From Nevskia sp. (GTDB lineage Bacteria > Pseudomonadota > Gammaproteobacteria > Nevskiales > Nevskiaceae), in assembly GCA_035651715.1 (NCBI GenBank), contig DASRFD010000150.1, positions 128,860 through 192,859 of the forward strand: DNA of 64,000 nt, written 5' to 3'. A program made the translations under genes and the position numbers. Below are positions 47,105 to 56,962 of the stretch, piece by piece (position 1 is the first letter of the stretch; each line of letters begins with the position of its first letter). The notes beneath the pieces were generated by a model. That model was given only the letters and a program-made list of their open reading frames with translations, searched no databases and had not been told where the DNA came from.

Positions 47105-48895
47105 TCAGCCCCCCGCCGGCGCCTGCTGCACCCGGTATACCGGATACAGATCCAGCCGCTCGTCCCACGACGGCGAGCGGCGGTAGAAGAAGTCGAGCCG
47201 CGCCTGCGGGTCCTGGGCGAACTTCTCGTCGCCGTCGAGCTTGTCGCGGAACTCCCGCGCCAGCGCCGGATCGCCGGCCAGCATCTGCTGCGCCACCTGC
47301 TCGGCGACGTAGGGTTCCATGTACTCCTTCTGCTCGAAAGCGCGGTTGAAGAAGCCCCAGGCGGCGAAGGAATCCGAGGCCAGCGGCTCGAACAGCGCCA
47401 GCACCAGGCGCGCCTCGGGCTGGGCCAGCGGCACGTAGAGCGAGCCGGGCGGCACCTCGCGCGTCTCGGCCTTCCATTCGCCCTTGAGCTCCGGCATGGT
47501 GCGGCCTTCGAACGGCGGCTTGGACAGGTCGGCCGCGGTGGCGCGGAAGGTCTCCACCTGGAGCCTGCCCGGCGGCGTGTCGAGCCGGCGGAAGCCGATG
47601 CCGTGCAGGGCCAGCTTCTGGCCGATCTCCGCGGCCCAGGCCGCCGGCACGATGTAGCCGGCCTTGGGCGCGCGCACCACCAGGCTCGGCTTGACCGTGT
47701 CCTTCAGCGGCACGCGCCAGACTTCGGGCTTGCCCGTGTCGTAGCGCGTGACCAGGCCGCCGGAAACGGCGGAGGGTTCGCGCACATAGGCGTAGCCCAG
47801 GAAGTCGATGGTGCGCACGTGCTCGCCCGAGGCGAAGTTCAGCGGCACCTGCTCGCCGCCGAGCCGGGCCGCGCGTTCGTCGGCGCGCTGCGCCGTGCGC
47901 ATCCACGCCGGGCCGCTCGTGGCGACCTGCTCGGCCAGCGCGACGATGGTGTTGCGGGTGGTGCGCACGCGCGTGGCGTAATCCTTCCAGGAGTGCGTCT
48001 CCACCAGCATGCCGAGCCGGTTGCGCAGGCCCCAGTAGCCGTGCGAGAAGCGCGGCGGCACCACCTGCACCTCGAAGCCGGAGGCCGGATCGTCGGTGCG
48101 CGCGAAGCTCGGATAGAAGTCCAGCGGCAGCGAGCCGGCGGCGGTGAGCCGCCTGATGGTCTCCTTCTGCATCGCCGCCGCGGCCTCGCGCAGGCCGCTG
48201 TCGCCGTCGTACAGCGGCTCCACCGTGAGCGAGACGTCGTGGCGGAAGTTGGCGCCGTCGGTCACGTGCAGGTCGGCGTAGACGATCGGGTCCCACTGGT
48301 CGAGCAGGCGCAGCATCGCCTGCATCTCCGGCGCGTCGGCCTTGGTGTAGTCGCGGTTGAGGTTGAGGTTCTGCGCGGTGGTGCGCCAGCCCATCTCCTC
48401 CGGCCCGACCTGGTTGGGCCGGTTCCAATGGCCGAAGCGCTCGTGGCCGTCGACGTTGAACACCGGCACGAACACGACCACTTCCTTGTCCAGCGCCTTC
48501 GGCGCCGCCGTGCCTTGCAGCATCTCGCGCAGCGCGAGGAAGCCGGCGTCCTTGCCGTCGATCTCGCCGGCGTGGATGCCGCCCTGCACCAGGAACACCG
48601 GCAGCCCGCGCTGGCGCGCCACCTCGGGGGTGAGCGCGCCGCTGCGGCTGACGCTCAGCGCCAGCATCGGCCGGCCTTCCGGCGAGCGGCCGAATTCGAA
48701 GCAGCGCACCGCCTCGGGCCAGGCCTGCTGGTAGGCCTGGCACAGGCGCTCGACCTCGGCGTAGCGGCCGGTCTGGCGGTAGCCGGTCTGCTCGGCCAGG
48801 GTGGCGAGGGCAGCGGGCGGCGCGTCGGCCTGGGCCAGGACGGAGCATGCAAGCAGCAGGCCCGGCAGATACCGGGCGAAACGGGCATGGGTCAT
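47105..48895 (-). CDS. M14-family zinc metallocarboxypeptidase, secreted
   Basis: 596 aa. Signal peptide. M14 motifs GGIHAGE (HxxE zinc site), NLNRDY and HSW. Confidence 0.85.
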   Translation of the reverse strand: MTHARFARYLPGLLLACSVLAQADAPPAALATLAEQTGYRQTGRYAEVERLCQAYQQAWPEAVRCFEFGRSPEGRPMLALSVSRSGALTPEVARQRGLPVFLVQGGIHAGEIDGKDAGFLALREMLQGTAAPKALDKEVVVFVPVFNVDGHERFGHWNRPNQVGPEEMGWRTTAQNLNLNRDYTKADAPEMQAMLRLLDQWDPIVYADLHVTDGANFRHDVSLTVEPLYDGDSGLREAAAAMQKETIRRLTAAGSLPLDFYPSFARTDDPASGFEVQVVPPRFSHGYWGLRNRLGMLVETHSWKDYATRVRTTRNTIVALAEQVATSGPAWMRTAQRADERAARLGGEQVPLNFASGEHVRTIDFLGYAYVREPSAVSGGLVTRYDTGKPEVWRVPLKDTVKPSLVVRAPKAGYIVPAAWAAEIGQKLALHGIGFRRLDTPPGRLQVETFRATAADLSKPPFEGRTMPELKGEWKAETREVPPGSLYVPLAQPEARLVLALFEPLASDSFAAWGFFNRAFEQKEYMEPYVAEQVAQQMLAGDPALAREFRDKLDGDEKFAQDPQARLDFFYRRSPSWDERLDLYPVYRVQQAPAGG

Positions 48896-48974
48896 GATGA
48901 GACGGGGTTATTGGTATGGCGCCAGCCTAGCCGCGGCTTGCGCAAAAGTCAGCACGCTTCGTCCCAGGCCCGGC

Positions 48975-49589
48975 TCAGGCGCGGCGCTCCTCCGGCAAAG
49001 GCTGCGGCTCGCGCACGAAGCCCAGGCGCGCCGGCGCCTCGGCGCGGTCCAGCCGTGTCAATGGCAGCAGCCTGTCAGCGAGGCGCAGGCGCAGCGCCGT
49101 GGCGCTGCCCGAGGGCAGCGCCAGTGCCGCGGCCAGCTGCGCTTCATCGAGGGCGCCCTGCGCAGTGCACAGCCGCTGCAATGCCCAGTCCAGGTCGGCG
49201 TCGGCCAGCGCGCCGGGGCCCAGGTCGGTCTGCAGCAGCAGGCCGCCGTCCTCGTCCAGCCAGGCGGCCGCCACCTCCCGCACCGGCGCCCCGGTGTGCG
49301 CGGTGAGCGTATCGCCCTCGGCGGGCGCGCGCAGCAGCAGCGGCGCGTGCGCCAGCGCCACGTAGCCGCGTTGCGGGCCGTTCTGGAAATACCAGCGGCC
49401 ATGGGCGTCGGCGGCGTAGTTGCGGTTGATGGTCTCGACGATCTGCGGCCGGCTGATGATCTCGCCGCGGATCAGCCAGCGGCCGCGCCGGTCCAGGCCG
49501 AGCCAGCCGAACAGGGCCGGCACGTTCGGCCAGCGCGCCAGCGCGCGATGTACCCAGTCTTCCATTGAAACCATGATAACCGCCCGCAT
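48975..49589 (-). CDS. Conserved hypothetical protein (DUF-type)
   Basis: MEDWVHRALARWPNVPALFGWLGLDRRGRWLIRGE... recurs in proteobacterial hypotheticals by recall. Start uncertain, with five in-frame ATGs between 49631 and 49565. Confidence 0.5.
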   Translation of the reverse strand: MRAVIMVSMEDWVHRALARWPNVPALFGWLGLDRRGRWLIRGEIISRPQIVETINRNYAADAHGRWYFQNGPQRGYVALAHAPLLLRAPAEGDTLTAHTGAPVREVAAAWLDEDGGLLLQTDLGPGALADADLDWALQRLCTAQGALDEAQLAAALALPSGSATALRLRLADRLLPLTRLDRAEAPARLGFVREPQPLPEERRA

Positions 49590-49789
49590 GGTCCCCGTAC
49601 GCCCGGGCATGGCGATCGTACGGCCGGACATGGTGGCGTCATCCGGCCGGACCTATGATCCGCCCGAACCCGACCCCGCCGCGGGTGGTCCCAGGATTGG
49701 ATCGACGCGGCACCGACAGGGGATGAGGATGGTCGAAGCGACATGGAACGGCGTGGCGCCGGCCGAGTCCGGCCGGACGGTGGCTTAGC

Positions 49790-51043
49790 GTGACCTCGAG
49801 CCATCCGGAGGTGCCGCCGGCCGTGGTGGCCGCCGATCTGCGCGCGCGCTACCGCCAGGTGCGGGCGCAGACCGAGGCCTTGGCCGAGCCGCTGTCGGCG
49901 GAGGACCAGGTGCTGCAGTCGATGCCGGACGCCAGCCCCGCCAAGTGGCACCGCGCCCATACCAGCTGGTTCTTCGAAACCTTCCTGCTGCAGCCGCAGC
50001 TGGCCGGCTACAAGCCGTTCCACCCGGGCTACGGCTACCTGTTCAATTCCTATTACGAGGCGATCGGCGAGCGCGTGGCGCGGCCGCGCCGCGGCATGCT
50101 CAGCCGGCCGTCCTGCGACGAGATCGCGGCTTACCGCGCGCATGTCGACCAGGCGATGCTGCAATTGCTGGAGCGCGGCACGCCCGCCGTGCAGGCCCTG
50201 GTCGAGCTGGGCCTGAACCACGAGCAGCAGCACCAGGAGCTGCTGCTCACCGACATCAAGCACGCCTTTTCCGGCAATCCGCTGCGGCCGGCCTACGCCG
50301 CCGCGCCGGAAGCCGGGCCGGGCGCCGCGCCGCCGCTGCGCTGGCACGACATCCCGCGCGGCATCCATGCGGTCGGCCACCGCGGCACCGGCTTTCATTT
50401 CGACAACGAGGGCCCGGCGCACGAAGTGCTGTTGTCCGGCTGCCGCATCGCCAGCCGCCCGGTGAGCGTCGGCGAATACCTGGAGTTCGTCGCCGACGGC
50501 GGCTACCGCCGCGCCGGGCTATGGCTGTCCGACGGCTGGGCGAAGGTGTGCGAGGAAGGCTGGAACGCGCCGCTGTACTGGGAGCGCACCGGCCACGACT
50601 GGACCTGCTACACCCTGCACGGCCCGCGTCCGCTGTGCGCCGACGAGCCGGTGTGCCACGTCAGCTACTACGAGGCCTGCGCCTACGCCGCCTGGGCCGG
50701 CAAGCGCCTGCCGACCGAGCAGGAATGGGAAGTGGCGGCGCGGCAGGCCGGCGGCGATTTCACCTCCGCCGCGGCGGTGCGCCCGCATCCGGGCGCGCTG
50801 CGCGAAGGCTTCACTCAGGAGGTGTGGGAGTGGACCGGCAGCGCCTACCTGCCCTATCCCGGCTTCCGCCCCGCCGCCGGCGCGGTGGGCGAGTACAACG
50901 GCAAGTTCATGGTCAACCAGATGGTGCTGCGCGGCCGCTCCTGCGCCACGCCGCCGGGGCACTCGCGGCCCAGCTACCGCAATTTCTTCGGGCCGGCCGC
51001 GCGCTGGCAGTTCAGCGGGTTCCGGCTCGCGGAGGACGCATAA
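49790..51043 (+). CDS. egtB: Ergothioneine biosynthesis protein EgtB (hercynine oxygenase; DinB_2 + FGE-sulfatase fold)
   Basis: GTG start. N-terminal DinB-like region ([11 protein letters not shown]). C-terminal FGE-like region ([14 protein letters not shown]). Directly followed by egtD. Confidence 0.85.
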   Translation: MTSSHPEVPPAVVAADLRARYRQVRAQTEALAEPLSAEDQVLQSMPDASPAKWHRAHTSWFFETFLLQPQLAGYKPFHPGYGYLFNSYYEAIGERVARPRRGMLSRPSCDEIAAYRAHVDQAMLQLLERGTPAVQALVELGLNHEQQHQELLLTDIKHAFSGNPLRPAYAAAPEAGPGAAPPLRWHDIPRGIHAVGHRGTGFHFDNEGPAHEVLLSGCRIASRPVSVGEYLEFVADGGYRRAGLWLSDGWAKVCEEGWNAPLYWERTGHDWTCYTLHGPRPLCADEPVCHVSYYEACAYAAWAGKRLPTEQEWEVAARQAGGDFTSAAAVRPHPGALREGFTQEVWEWTGSAYLPYPGFRPAAGAVGEYNGKFMVNQMVLRGRSCATPPGHSRPSYRNFFGPAARWQFSGFRLAEDA

Positions 51044-52027
51044 ATGGTCTCGGCACTCCCGCTGCAAGGCGTGCAGCACCTGCACGATCTCGAACCCACC
51101 CGCGGCGAGTTCGAGCAGGCGGTGTTCGCCGGCCTGGCGCAGCCGCGCAAGAGCCTGCCCTGCAAGTTCTTCTACGACGCCGCCGGCTCGGCGCTGTTCG
51201 ACCGCATCTGCGAGCTGCCGGAGTACTACCCGACCCGCACCGAGCTGGGCATCCTGCGCCGGCGCGCCGGCGAGATGGCGGCCCTGCTCGGCGCGGGCGC
51301 CGGCGTGGTCGAGTTCGGCTCCGGCTCGGCCGCCAAGGTCGGCCTGATCCTGGAGCAGCTGGAACAGCCCAGCCTGTACGTGCCGGTGGACATCTCGCGC
51401 GGCCACCTGCTGGCCGGCGCCGCGGCGCTGGCCCGCGCCTTCCCCGGCCTGCGCGTGGCGCCGGTGTGCGCCGACTACACCCAGGCGTTCGAGCTGCCGG
51501 CGGCGGCGCGCACGCTGCCGGGACGGCTGGCGGGCTTCTTCCCCGGCTCCACCATCGGCAACTTCACCCCGGGCGAGGCGCGCCGCTTCCTGGCCCAGAC
51601 CCGCCGCACGCTCGGCCGCGGCGCGGTGATGATCGTCGGCGTGGACCTGCGCAAGGACGCCGCCGTCCTGGAGGCCGCCTACGACGACGCGGCCGGCGTC
51701 ACCGCCGCCTTCAACCTCAACCTGCTCCAGCGCATCAACCGCGAGCTGGGCGGCAGCTTCGATCTCTCCGCCTTCCGCCATTGCGCGCGCTGGAACGCCG
51801 CCGAAAGCCGCGTCGAGATGCACCTGCTGAGCCGCCGCGCGCAGCGCGTGCGCATCGGCGCGCGGCACTTCGACTTCGCCGAGGGCGAGAGCATCCACAC
51901 CGAGAATTCGTACAAGTACACGCCGGAGGGCTTCCGCATGCTGGCCAGCGCCGCCGGCTACGAGCCGCTGGAGTGCTGGACCGATCCGCACCAGCTGTTC
52001 AGCGTGCACGCGCTGCAGGCGCGCTGA
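51044..52027 (+). CDS. egtD: L-histidine N-alpha-methyltransferase EgtD
   Basis: ATG abuts the egtB TAA. PCKFFYDAAGSALFDRICELPEYYPTRTE and VEFGSGSAAK are characteristic of EgtD. Confidence 0.85.
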   Translation: MVSALPLQGVQHLHDLEPTRGEFEQAVFAGLAQPRKSLPCKFFYDAAGSALFDRICELPEYYPTRTELGILRRRAGEMAALLGAGAGVVEFGSGSAAKVGLILEQLEQPSLYVPVDISRGHLLAGAAALARAFPGLRVAPVCADYTQAFELPAAARTLPGRLAGFFPGSTIGNFTPGEARRFLAQTRRTLGRGAVMIVGVDLRKDAAVLEAAYDDAAGVTAAFNLNLLQRINRELGGSFDLSAFRHCARWNAAESRVEMHLLSRRAQRVRIGARHFDFAEGESIHTENSYKYTPEGFRMLASAAGYEPLECWTDPHQLFSVHALQAR

Positions 52028-52161
52028 GGCAAGCCCAGGTCCGCTGCGGGTCGAGGGCGCCGCCCCGGTTTTTTCGCGGCGCCTCTCCCCACCCTCCCGC
52101 GCCAGCGGGAGATGAGCCCCCATTCAACCCGCGCGCCGCCGGTCACTGGCACAATCGCGCC

Positions 52162-53340
52162 ATGCACTACGACGTGATCGTGATCGGCGGCGGCGCCGCC
52201 GGCCTGATGTGCGCCGCCGTGGCCGGACGGCGCGGGCGGAGCGTGCTGGTGGTCGAGCACGCCAACCGCGTCGGCAAGAAGATCCTGATGTCCGGCGGCG
52301 GCCGCTGCAATTTCACCAACCTGCACGCCACGCCGGAAAACTACCTCTCGGCCAACCCGCACTTCTGCAAGTCGGCGCTGGCGCGCTACACGCAGTGGGA
52401 CTTCATCGCCCTGGTGGACCGGCACCGCATCGCCTGGCACGAGAAGGAGCTGGGCCAGCTGTTCTGCGACGAATCCTCCAAGCTGATCGTGCGCATGCTG
52501 CTCGACGAGTGCGAGTCCGCCGGCGTCCGCATCCAGACCGACTGCGCGGTGGAACAGGTGCGGCGCGAGGGCGAGGGCTTTGCCCTGGACACGGCGCGCG
52601 GCGCGCTCACCTGCGCCTCGCTGGTGGTGGCCAGCGGCGGCCTGTCGATCCCGAAGATGGGCGCCAGCGGCTTCGGCTACGAGCTGGCGCGGCAGTTCGG
52701 CCTGGCGATGCTGCCGACGCGCGCGGCCCTGGTGCCGCTGACCTTGAGCGGCCGCCACCTCGACGACTACGCCGACCTCAGCGGCCTGGGGCTGCCGGCG
52801 GTGACGGCGGAATGCGAGGGCCAGAGCTTCCGCGCCGGCTTCCTCATCACCCACCGCGGCCTCAGCGGCCCGGCGATCCTGCAGATCTCCTCCTACTGGG
52901 AGCCGGGCAAGGCGCTGCACCTGGACCTGCTGCCGGACCTGGACGCGGCTCAGGTGCTCGAGGCGCAGCAGCGCGAGCGTCCGGCGGCGGAATTGAAGAC
53001 CGTGCTCGGCGACTGGTTCCCCAAGCGCCTGGCGCAGCGCCTGTGCGAGCTGCGCTTCGGCAACCGCCTGATGCGCCAGTACCACCCGGCCGAGCTGCGC
53101 GAGATCGGCGCCGCGCTGCAACGCTGGCCGGTGACCGCCAGCGGCACCGAAGGCTACCGCACCGCCGAGGTGACCCTGGGCGGCGTGGACACGCGCGAGC
53201 TGTCCTCCACCACGATGGAAGCGCGCCGGGTGCCGGGCCTGTATTTCATCGGCGAGGTGGTGGACGTGACCGGCCACCTCGGCGGCTACAACTTCCAGTG
53301 GGCCTGGGCCTCGGGGCACGCCGCCGGACAGGTGGCCTGA
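52162..53340 (+). CDS. BaiN/HI0933-like NAD(P)/FAD-dependent flavoprotein oxidoreductase
   Basis: MHYDVIVIGGGAAGLMCA (GxGxxG). HI0933-family pattern with C-terminal GGYNFQWAWASG. Confidence 0.85.
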   Translation: MHYDVIVIGGGAAGLMCAAVAGRRGRSVLVVEHANRVGKKILMSGGGRCNFTNLHATPENYLSANPHFCKSALARYTQWDFIALVDRHRIAWHEKELGQLFCDESSKLIVRMLLDECESAGVRIQTDCAVEQVRREGEGFALDTARGALTCASLVVASGGLSIPKMGASGFGYELARQFGLAMLPTRAALVPLTLSGRHLDDYADLSGLGLPAVTAECEGQSFRAGFLITHRGLSGPAILQISSYWEPGKALHLDLLPDLDAAQVLEAQQRERPAAELKTVLGDWFPKRLAQRLCELRFGNRLMRQYHPAELREIGAALQRWPVTASGTEGYRTAEVTLGGVDTRELSSTTMEARRVPGLYFIGEVVDVTGHLGGYNFQWAWASGHAAGQVA

Positions 53341-53478
53341 TGATTTCTGTGCACGCCGCTTGCCGCGCCAGCCGGGTGTTGCCGCCTGCAGGCGGTTGCG
53401 CCGCCTAATCCTTTAGGCGCATGGCGCCGGGAACCGGCGGCGGATTATCATGCCAGTTGAAAAAAGCTAAACCGTGCC

Positions 53479-54456
53479 GTGTCCTTCAACCGACTGCCAC
53501 CGCTCAATGCACTGCGAGCCTTCGAGGCCGTGGCGCGCCACAAGAGCTTCCGCAAAGCCGCGGAGGAGCTGTTCGTCACCCCGGCGGCGCTGACCCACCA
53601 GATCAAGGCGCTGGAGCAGCAGCTCGGCTTTGCCCTGTTCGAGCGGCTGCCGCGGCGCATCGAGCTGACCCCGGCGGCGCAGGCCGCGCTGCCGCGCTTC
53701 CAGCAGGGCTTCGAGGCCCTGGCGCAGGCGGTGGCGGAACTGCGCAACCACGGCCGCGCGCCGCACCTGACGGTGGGCGCCACGCCGACCTTCGTCTCGC
53801 GCTGGCTGATGCCGCGCCTGCAGCGCTTCCTGTCGCAGCACCCGGACGTGGACGTGCGCCTGGTGGCGAGCGGCCAGCTGATCAACGCCTCGGCCCGCGA
53901 GATCCGCTCCGAGGACGCCGCCGAGTCGACGGTGGACCCCGACATCGAGATCCGCTTCAACAACGGCCGCCCGCACGGCAACCACGTCGACCTGCTGTTC
54001 ACCGTGGAAGTGGTGCCGATGTGCCATCCGCGCCTGCTGAAGGGGCCGCCGCCGCTGGCGAGGCCGGACGACCTGCGCCACCACACCCTGCTGCACGGCG
54101 ACGCGCGCGTGGCCGACCGCACCCGCTCGGCCTGGGCGCGCTGGCTCAAGCGCGCCGGCATCACCGACGTGGACCCGCGCCGCGGCCTGCAGCTCGACCA
54201 CTCCACCCTGGCGCTAGAAGCCGCCGCCGACGGCCTGGGCGTGACCCTGGCGACGCCGCTGCTGGCGGCGGCGGAAATGGCCGAGGGCAAGGTCGCCGTG
54301 GCGTTCCCGCTGGCGCTGCCGCTGGATAACGCCTATTACTCGGTCGTCACCGACGCGGCGATGGCGCGCCCGGAAGTGGTGGCGTTCCGCGACTGGCTGC
54401 TGGACGAGGCCCTGCGCCAGGAGCCGGAGGCGCAGCCGGCGAAGGCGCCGGCCTGA
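53479..54456 (+). CDS. LysR-family transcriptional regulator (GcvA-like)
   Basis: GTG start. HTH LNALRAFEAVARHKSFRKAAEELFVTPAALTHQIKALE. Confidence 0.85.
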   Translation: MSFNRLPPLNALRAFEAVARHKSFRKAAEELFVTPAALTHQIKALEQQLGFALFERLPRRIELTPAAQAALPRFQQGFEALAQAVAELRNHGRAPHLTVGATPTFVSRWLMPRLQRFLSQHPDVDVRLVASGQLINASAREIRSEDAAESTVDPDIEIRFNNGRPHGNHVDLLFTVEVVPMCHPRLLKGPPPLARPDDLRHHTLLHGDARVADRTRSAWARWLKRAGITDVDPRRGLQLDHSTLALEAAADGLGVTLATPLLAAAEMAEGKVAVAFPLALPLDNAYYSVVTDAAMARPEVVAFRDWLLDEALRQEPEAQPAKAPA

Positions 54457-54537
54457 GCACGGCCGCCCTGGCTTCGCCCTTGCCGTCCTGAGCGCAGCGC
54501 TGGCGCCGGGGCCGGACTCTCCGCTGCTCCCGGGCCC

Positions 54538-55299
54538 CTAGCTGCAACTGTGGCTCTGCAGATCCTCGCCGTGCCCGAAATCCAGCCGCCACGGGTCGGC
54601 GCGATCGTCGAGCAGCACGAAACCCGGCGTGCCGTCCTCGAACGTCGCGCCCACCGCCATCAGGGTGTGCCGCGCCATCTCGCCTTCCGCGGTGGCGCCC
54701 AGCAGGCTGAACGGATTGAGCCGCAGGAACGGCTCCTCGCCGATGCGCATGGCGCGGTAGCTGTGGCCCGCCAGTGGCGCGCCGAGCGGCGCCCAGCCGT
54801 TGCCGACGCGCGGCAGCTCCGTGCGCAGGGTTTCGCGCACGCGCTTGCGCACGCAGTCGATGTGGATGTGCAGCTGGTTCTGCGAGCGGCCGTACCTGGA
54901 GTTGATCGCCAGGCTCAGCGCCTCGCGCGGCAGCGGCTGGCCGTAACCCTGCTCGACGAAGCGCCGCGCCTCCCAGGCGGCGGCGAAATAGCGCGGCGCG
55001 TCGGCGGCCAGCAGCGCGGGGCTCTCGATGCCGTTGAGCCGCGCGGTCGGGATCAGCAGGTACTGGTAGGGACCGTTGATGTCCTTGAGCACCGCGTAGC
55101 CGCGATCGGCGCCGGCGGAAAGATCGACCAGGGCGCAAGGCGCGGGCGCGCCGTGCTCGCGCTGGTCGGGCACGCATTGCTGGCTGACGATCTTCCACAG
55201 CGCATCGGGATCGCCGCGGTGGCAGGCGCCGGCCGGCAGCAACAGCAGCAGCGCCAGGATGCCGGGCCAGCGGCGCGCGGACGGACGCGGCAAGCGCAT
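54538..55299 (-). CDS. cdh: CDP-diacylglycerol pyrophosphatase Cdh
   Basis: 253 aa. Signal/TM N-terminus. HIT-like NQLHIHIDC motif characteristic of Cdh. Confidence 0.85.
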   Translation of the reverse strand: MRLPRPSARRWPGILALLLLLPAGACHRGDPDALWKIVSQQCVPDQREHGAPAPCALVDLSAGADRGYAVLKDINGPYQYLLIPTARLNGIESPALLAADAPRYFAAAWEARRFVEQGYGQPLPREALSLAINSRYGRSQNQLHIHIDCVRKRVRETLRTELPRVGNGWAPLGAPLAGHSYRAMRIGEEPFLRLNPFSLLGATAEGEMARHTLMAVGATFEDGTPGFVLLDDRADPWRLDFGHGEDLQSHSCS

Positions 55300-55509
55300 G
55301 GCCGCCGGCTACCGCGGCGGCGCTGCCGGCACGACACCGCCCGTCGCGCCCCGCGCCTGCCGCGCACGGCGCATGGCGCCGGCGTAAACCTCCGTCGATG
55401 CCGAACGGCTCATCTCATATCCCAGGTATCCAGTGCGGCGCCAGCCCGCGCTCCGGCCATATTGCCATCGCGCCCGGGGCGGCGCACCCGGCGCAGCCGC
55501 AGCGGAACT

Positions 55510-55908
55510 TCAGCCGCGCAGGCGGGCACCGCGCCCGGCCAGCAGGGCGCGCAGCACGCTGCGGTGGCAACGCGCCTCGTCCTTGCAGTAGCAGCCCACC
55601 GCGAAGTCGCTGCTGTGCGACAGCGCCGCCAGCAGGTCCAGGGTGCGCGCGGCGTCGGGCTGGGCCATCTCCGCCCGGAACCTGCGCTCGAAGCGGCTCT
55701 AGCCCTTGGCGTCGTCGTCGGCCTGCGCCGCCAGGGCCTCGGCCACCAGTTCCGGGCTCGGCGAAAGCAGCGGCAGCCAGACATCGTAGTAATCGCGCGC
55801 AGCGAACTGCGCCTTGGGCACGCCGCGCGGCGGGCGCCGCACGGTGCCGATGCGCAGGCCTTCGCCGCGCGCACGCGGCGAGCCGAGCTGGACGATGGAA
55901 ATGGACAT
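55510..55908 (-). pseudogene. DUF488 (YeaO-like) gene interrupted by a single in-frame TAG at a conserved Trp position
   Basis: MSISIVQLGSPRARGEGLRIGTVRRPPRGVPKAQFAARDYYDVWLPLLSPSPELVAEALAAQADDDAKG[TAG]SRFERRFRAEMAQ...LLYAAK-like...GCYCKDEARCHRSVLRALL. The TAG at 55699-55701 aligns with the W of the conserved W-x-x-F-(K/R)-R-R-Y block (TGG to TAG). Confidence 0.6.
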
Positions 55909-55985
55909 GGGCCGGCACCTCTGCTGGTCGGGCCCGCCCACAGTAGCAGCTTGCCGCGCCGGGCCAAATCGCCCGGGCGGTGCGC

Positions 55986-56354
55986 TCAGGCCGCCAGGCG
56001 TTTGCGGATGGCGATCAGCGCCGCCGGCAACAGCGCCGCGGCGATGGCCACGGTGTCCGCCACCCAGTCCAGCAGCTCCGCATCGCGGTGCAGCGCCGGG
56101 ATCATCTGCACGAACTCGATCAGGGCGCCGAACGCGGACAGCACCGCGCCGATGCCGAGCAGGCTGCGGCGCGGATAGGCCGCGGCGGCGAGGAAGGCCA
56201 GCACGTAGAAGGCGAGGAAGTGCTGCGCCTTGTCCCACGGCAGCACCTCCGGCGACTCCTCGGCCGGCACCACGGCGGCAGTGAAGGCGACCGCCAGCGC
56301 GATCCAGAACGCGACGCGGAGCAGGCGGGTTGCGGTGCGGGGAGACAGTGGCAT
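55986..56354 (-). CDS. VanZ-like family membrane protein
   Basis: 4 TM. LAFWIALAVAFTAAVVP...HFLAFYVLAFLAAAAY pattern. Start either ATG 56396 or ATG 56354. Confidence 0.5.
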   Translation of the reverse strand: MPLSPRTATRLLRVAFWIALAVAFTAAVVPAEESPEVLPWDKAQHFLAFYVLAFLAAAAYPRRSLLGIGAVLSAFGALIEFVQMIPALHRDAELLDWVADTVAIAAALLPAALIAIRKRLAA

Positions 56355-56406
56355 GGGTGTCGAGGCGTTTAGTTGATCGAATGAATCGGCCGACATGCTA
56401 AGCGTT

Positions 56407-56942
56407 TCACACCCTCTCCCGCTGGGAGAGGGCCTGGGGTGAGGGGCGCAGCCGGCATCTCACAGCAACGCACGCCGAGAGCGCGCCCCTCACCCGCCGC
56501 TGCGCGGCGGCCTCTCCCGGTGGGAGAGGCGGCTATGAAGGCTCCACCACTGACCCGGCCGGCGCCGCTTCGTTCCAAACATGCCGCGAGTTCCCGCCGC
56601 AAGCGATCTCACTCCCCTCTCCCGCCGGGAGAGGGGCCGGGGGTGAGGGGCGCAGCCGGCATCTCACCGCAACGCACGCCGAGAGCGCGCCCCTCACCCG
56701 CCGCTGCGCGGCGGCCTCTCCCGGCGGGAGAGGCGGCTATGAAGGCTCCACCACTGACCGGACCGGCGCCGCTTCGTTCCAACATGCCGGGGTTCCGCCG
56801 CAAGCGATCTCACACCCCTCTCCAGCCGGGAGAGGGGCCTGGGGTGAGGGACGCAGCCGGCATCACCGCAACGCACGCCGAGAGCGCGCCCCTCACCCGC
56901 CGCTGCGCGGCGGCCTCTCCCGGCGGGAGAGGCGGCTATGAC
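56407..56942. repeat. Tandem array: 2.65 copies of a ~201-bp hairpin-rich intergenic repeat (REP-like composite)
   Basis: Copies start at 56407, 56609 and 56810 (partial), >90% identical. Each unit holds hairpin A CCCTCTCCC-N4-GGGAGAGGG and hairpin B CCTCTCCCGG-N2-GGGAGAGG. A 13-bp inverted repeat GGGTGAGGGGCGC...GCGCCCCTCACCC encloses a ~40-nt loop. Not CRISPR: the spacers between hairpins are themselves repeated. Confidence 0.85.
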
Positions 56943-56962
56943 CCCTTACCGCCCGATACCCG

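Noticed and set aside
49790-51043. FGE-sulfatase-fold protein as the maturase for the nearby sulfatase at 8267..10033.
   Set aside because: The N-terminal DinB_2 domain and the immediately adjacent EgtD methyltransferase mark it as EgtB (ergothioneine), not a sulfatase-modifying FGE.
56407-56942. Possible CRISPR array.
   Set aside because: The period is about 201 bp and the inter-hairpin segments are themselves repeated. There are no unique spacers and no cas genes in the window. It is a tandem repeat, not CRISPR.
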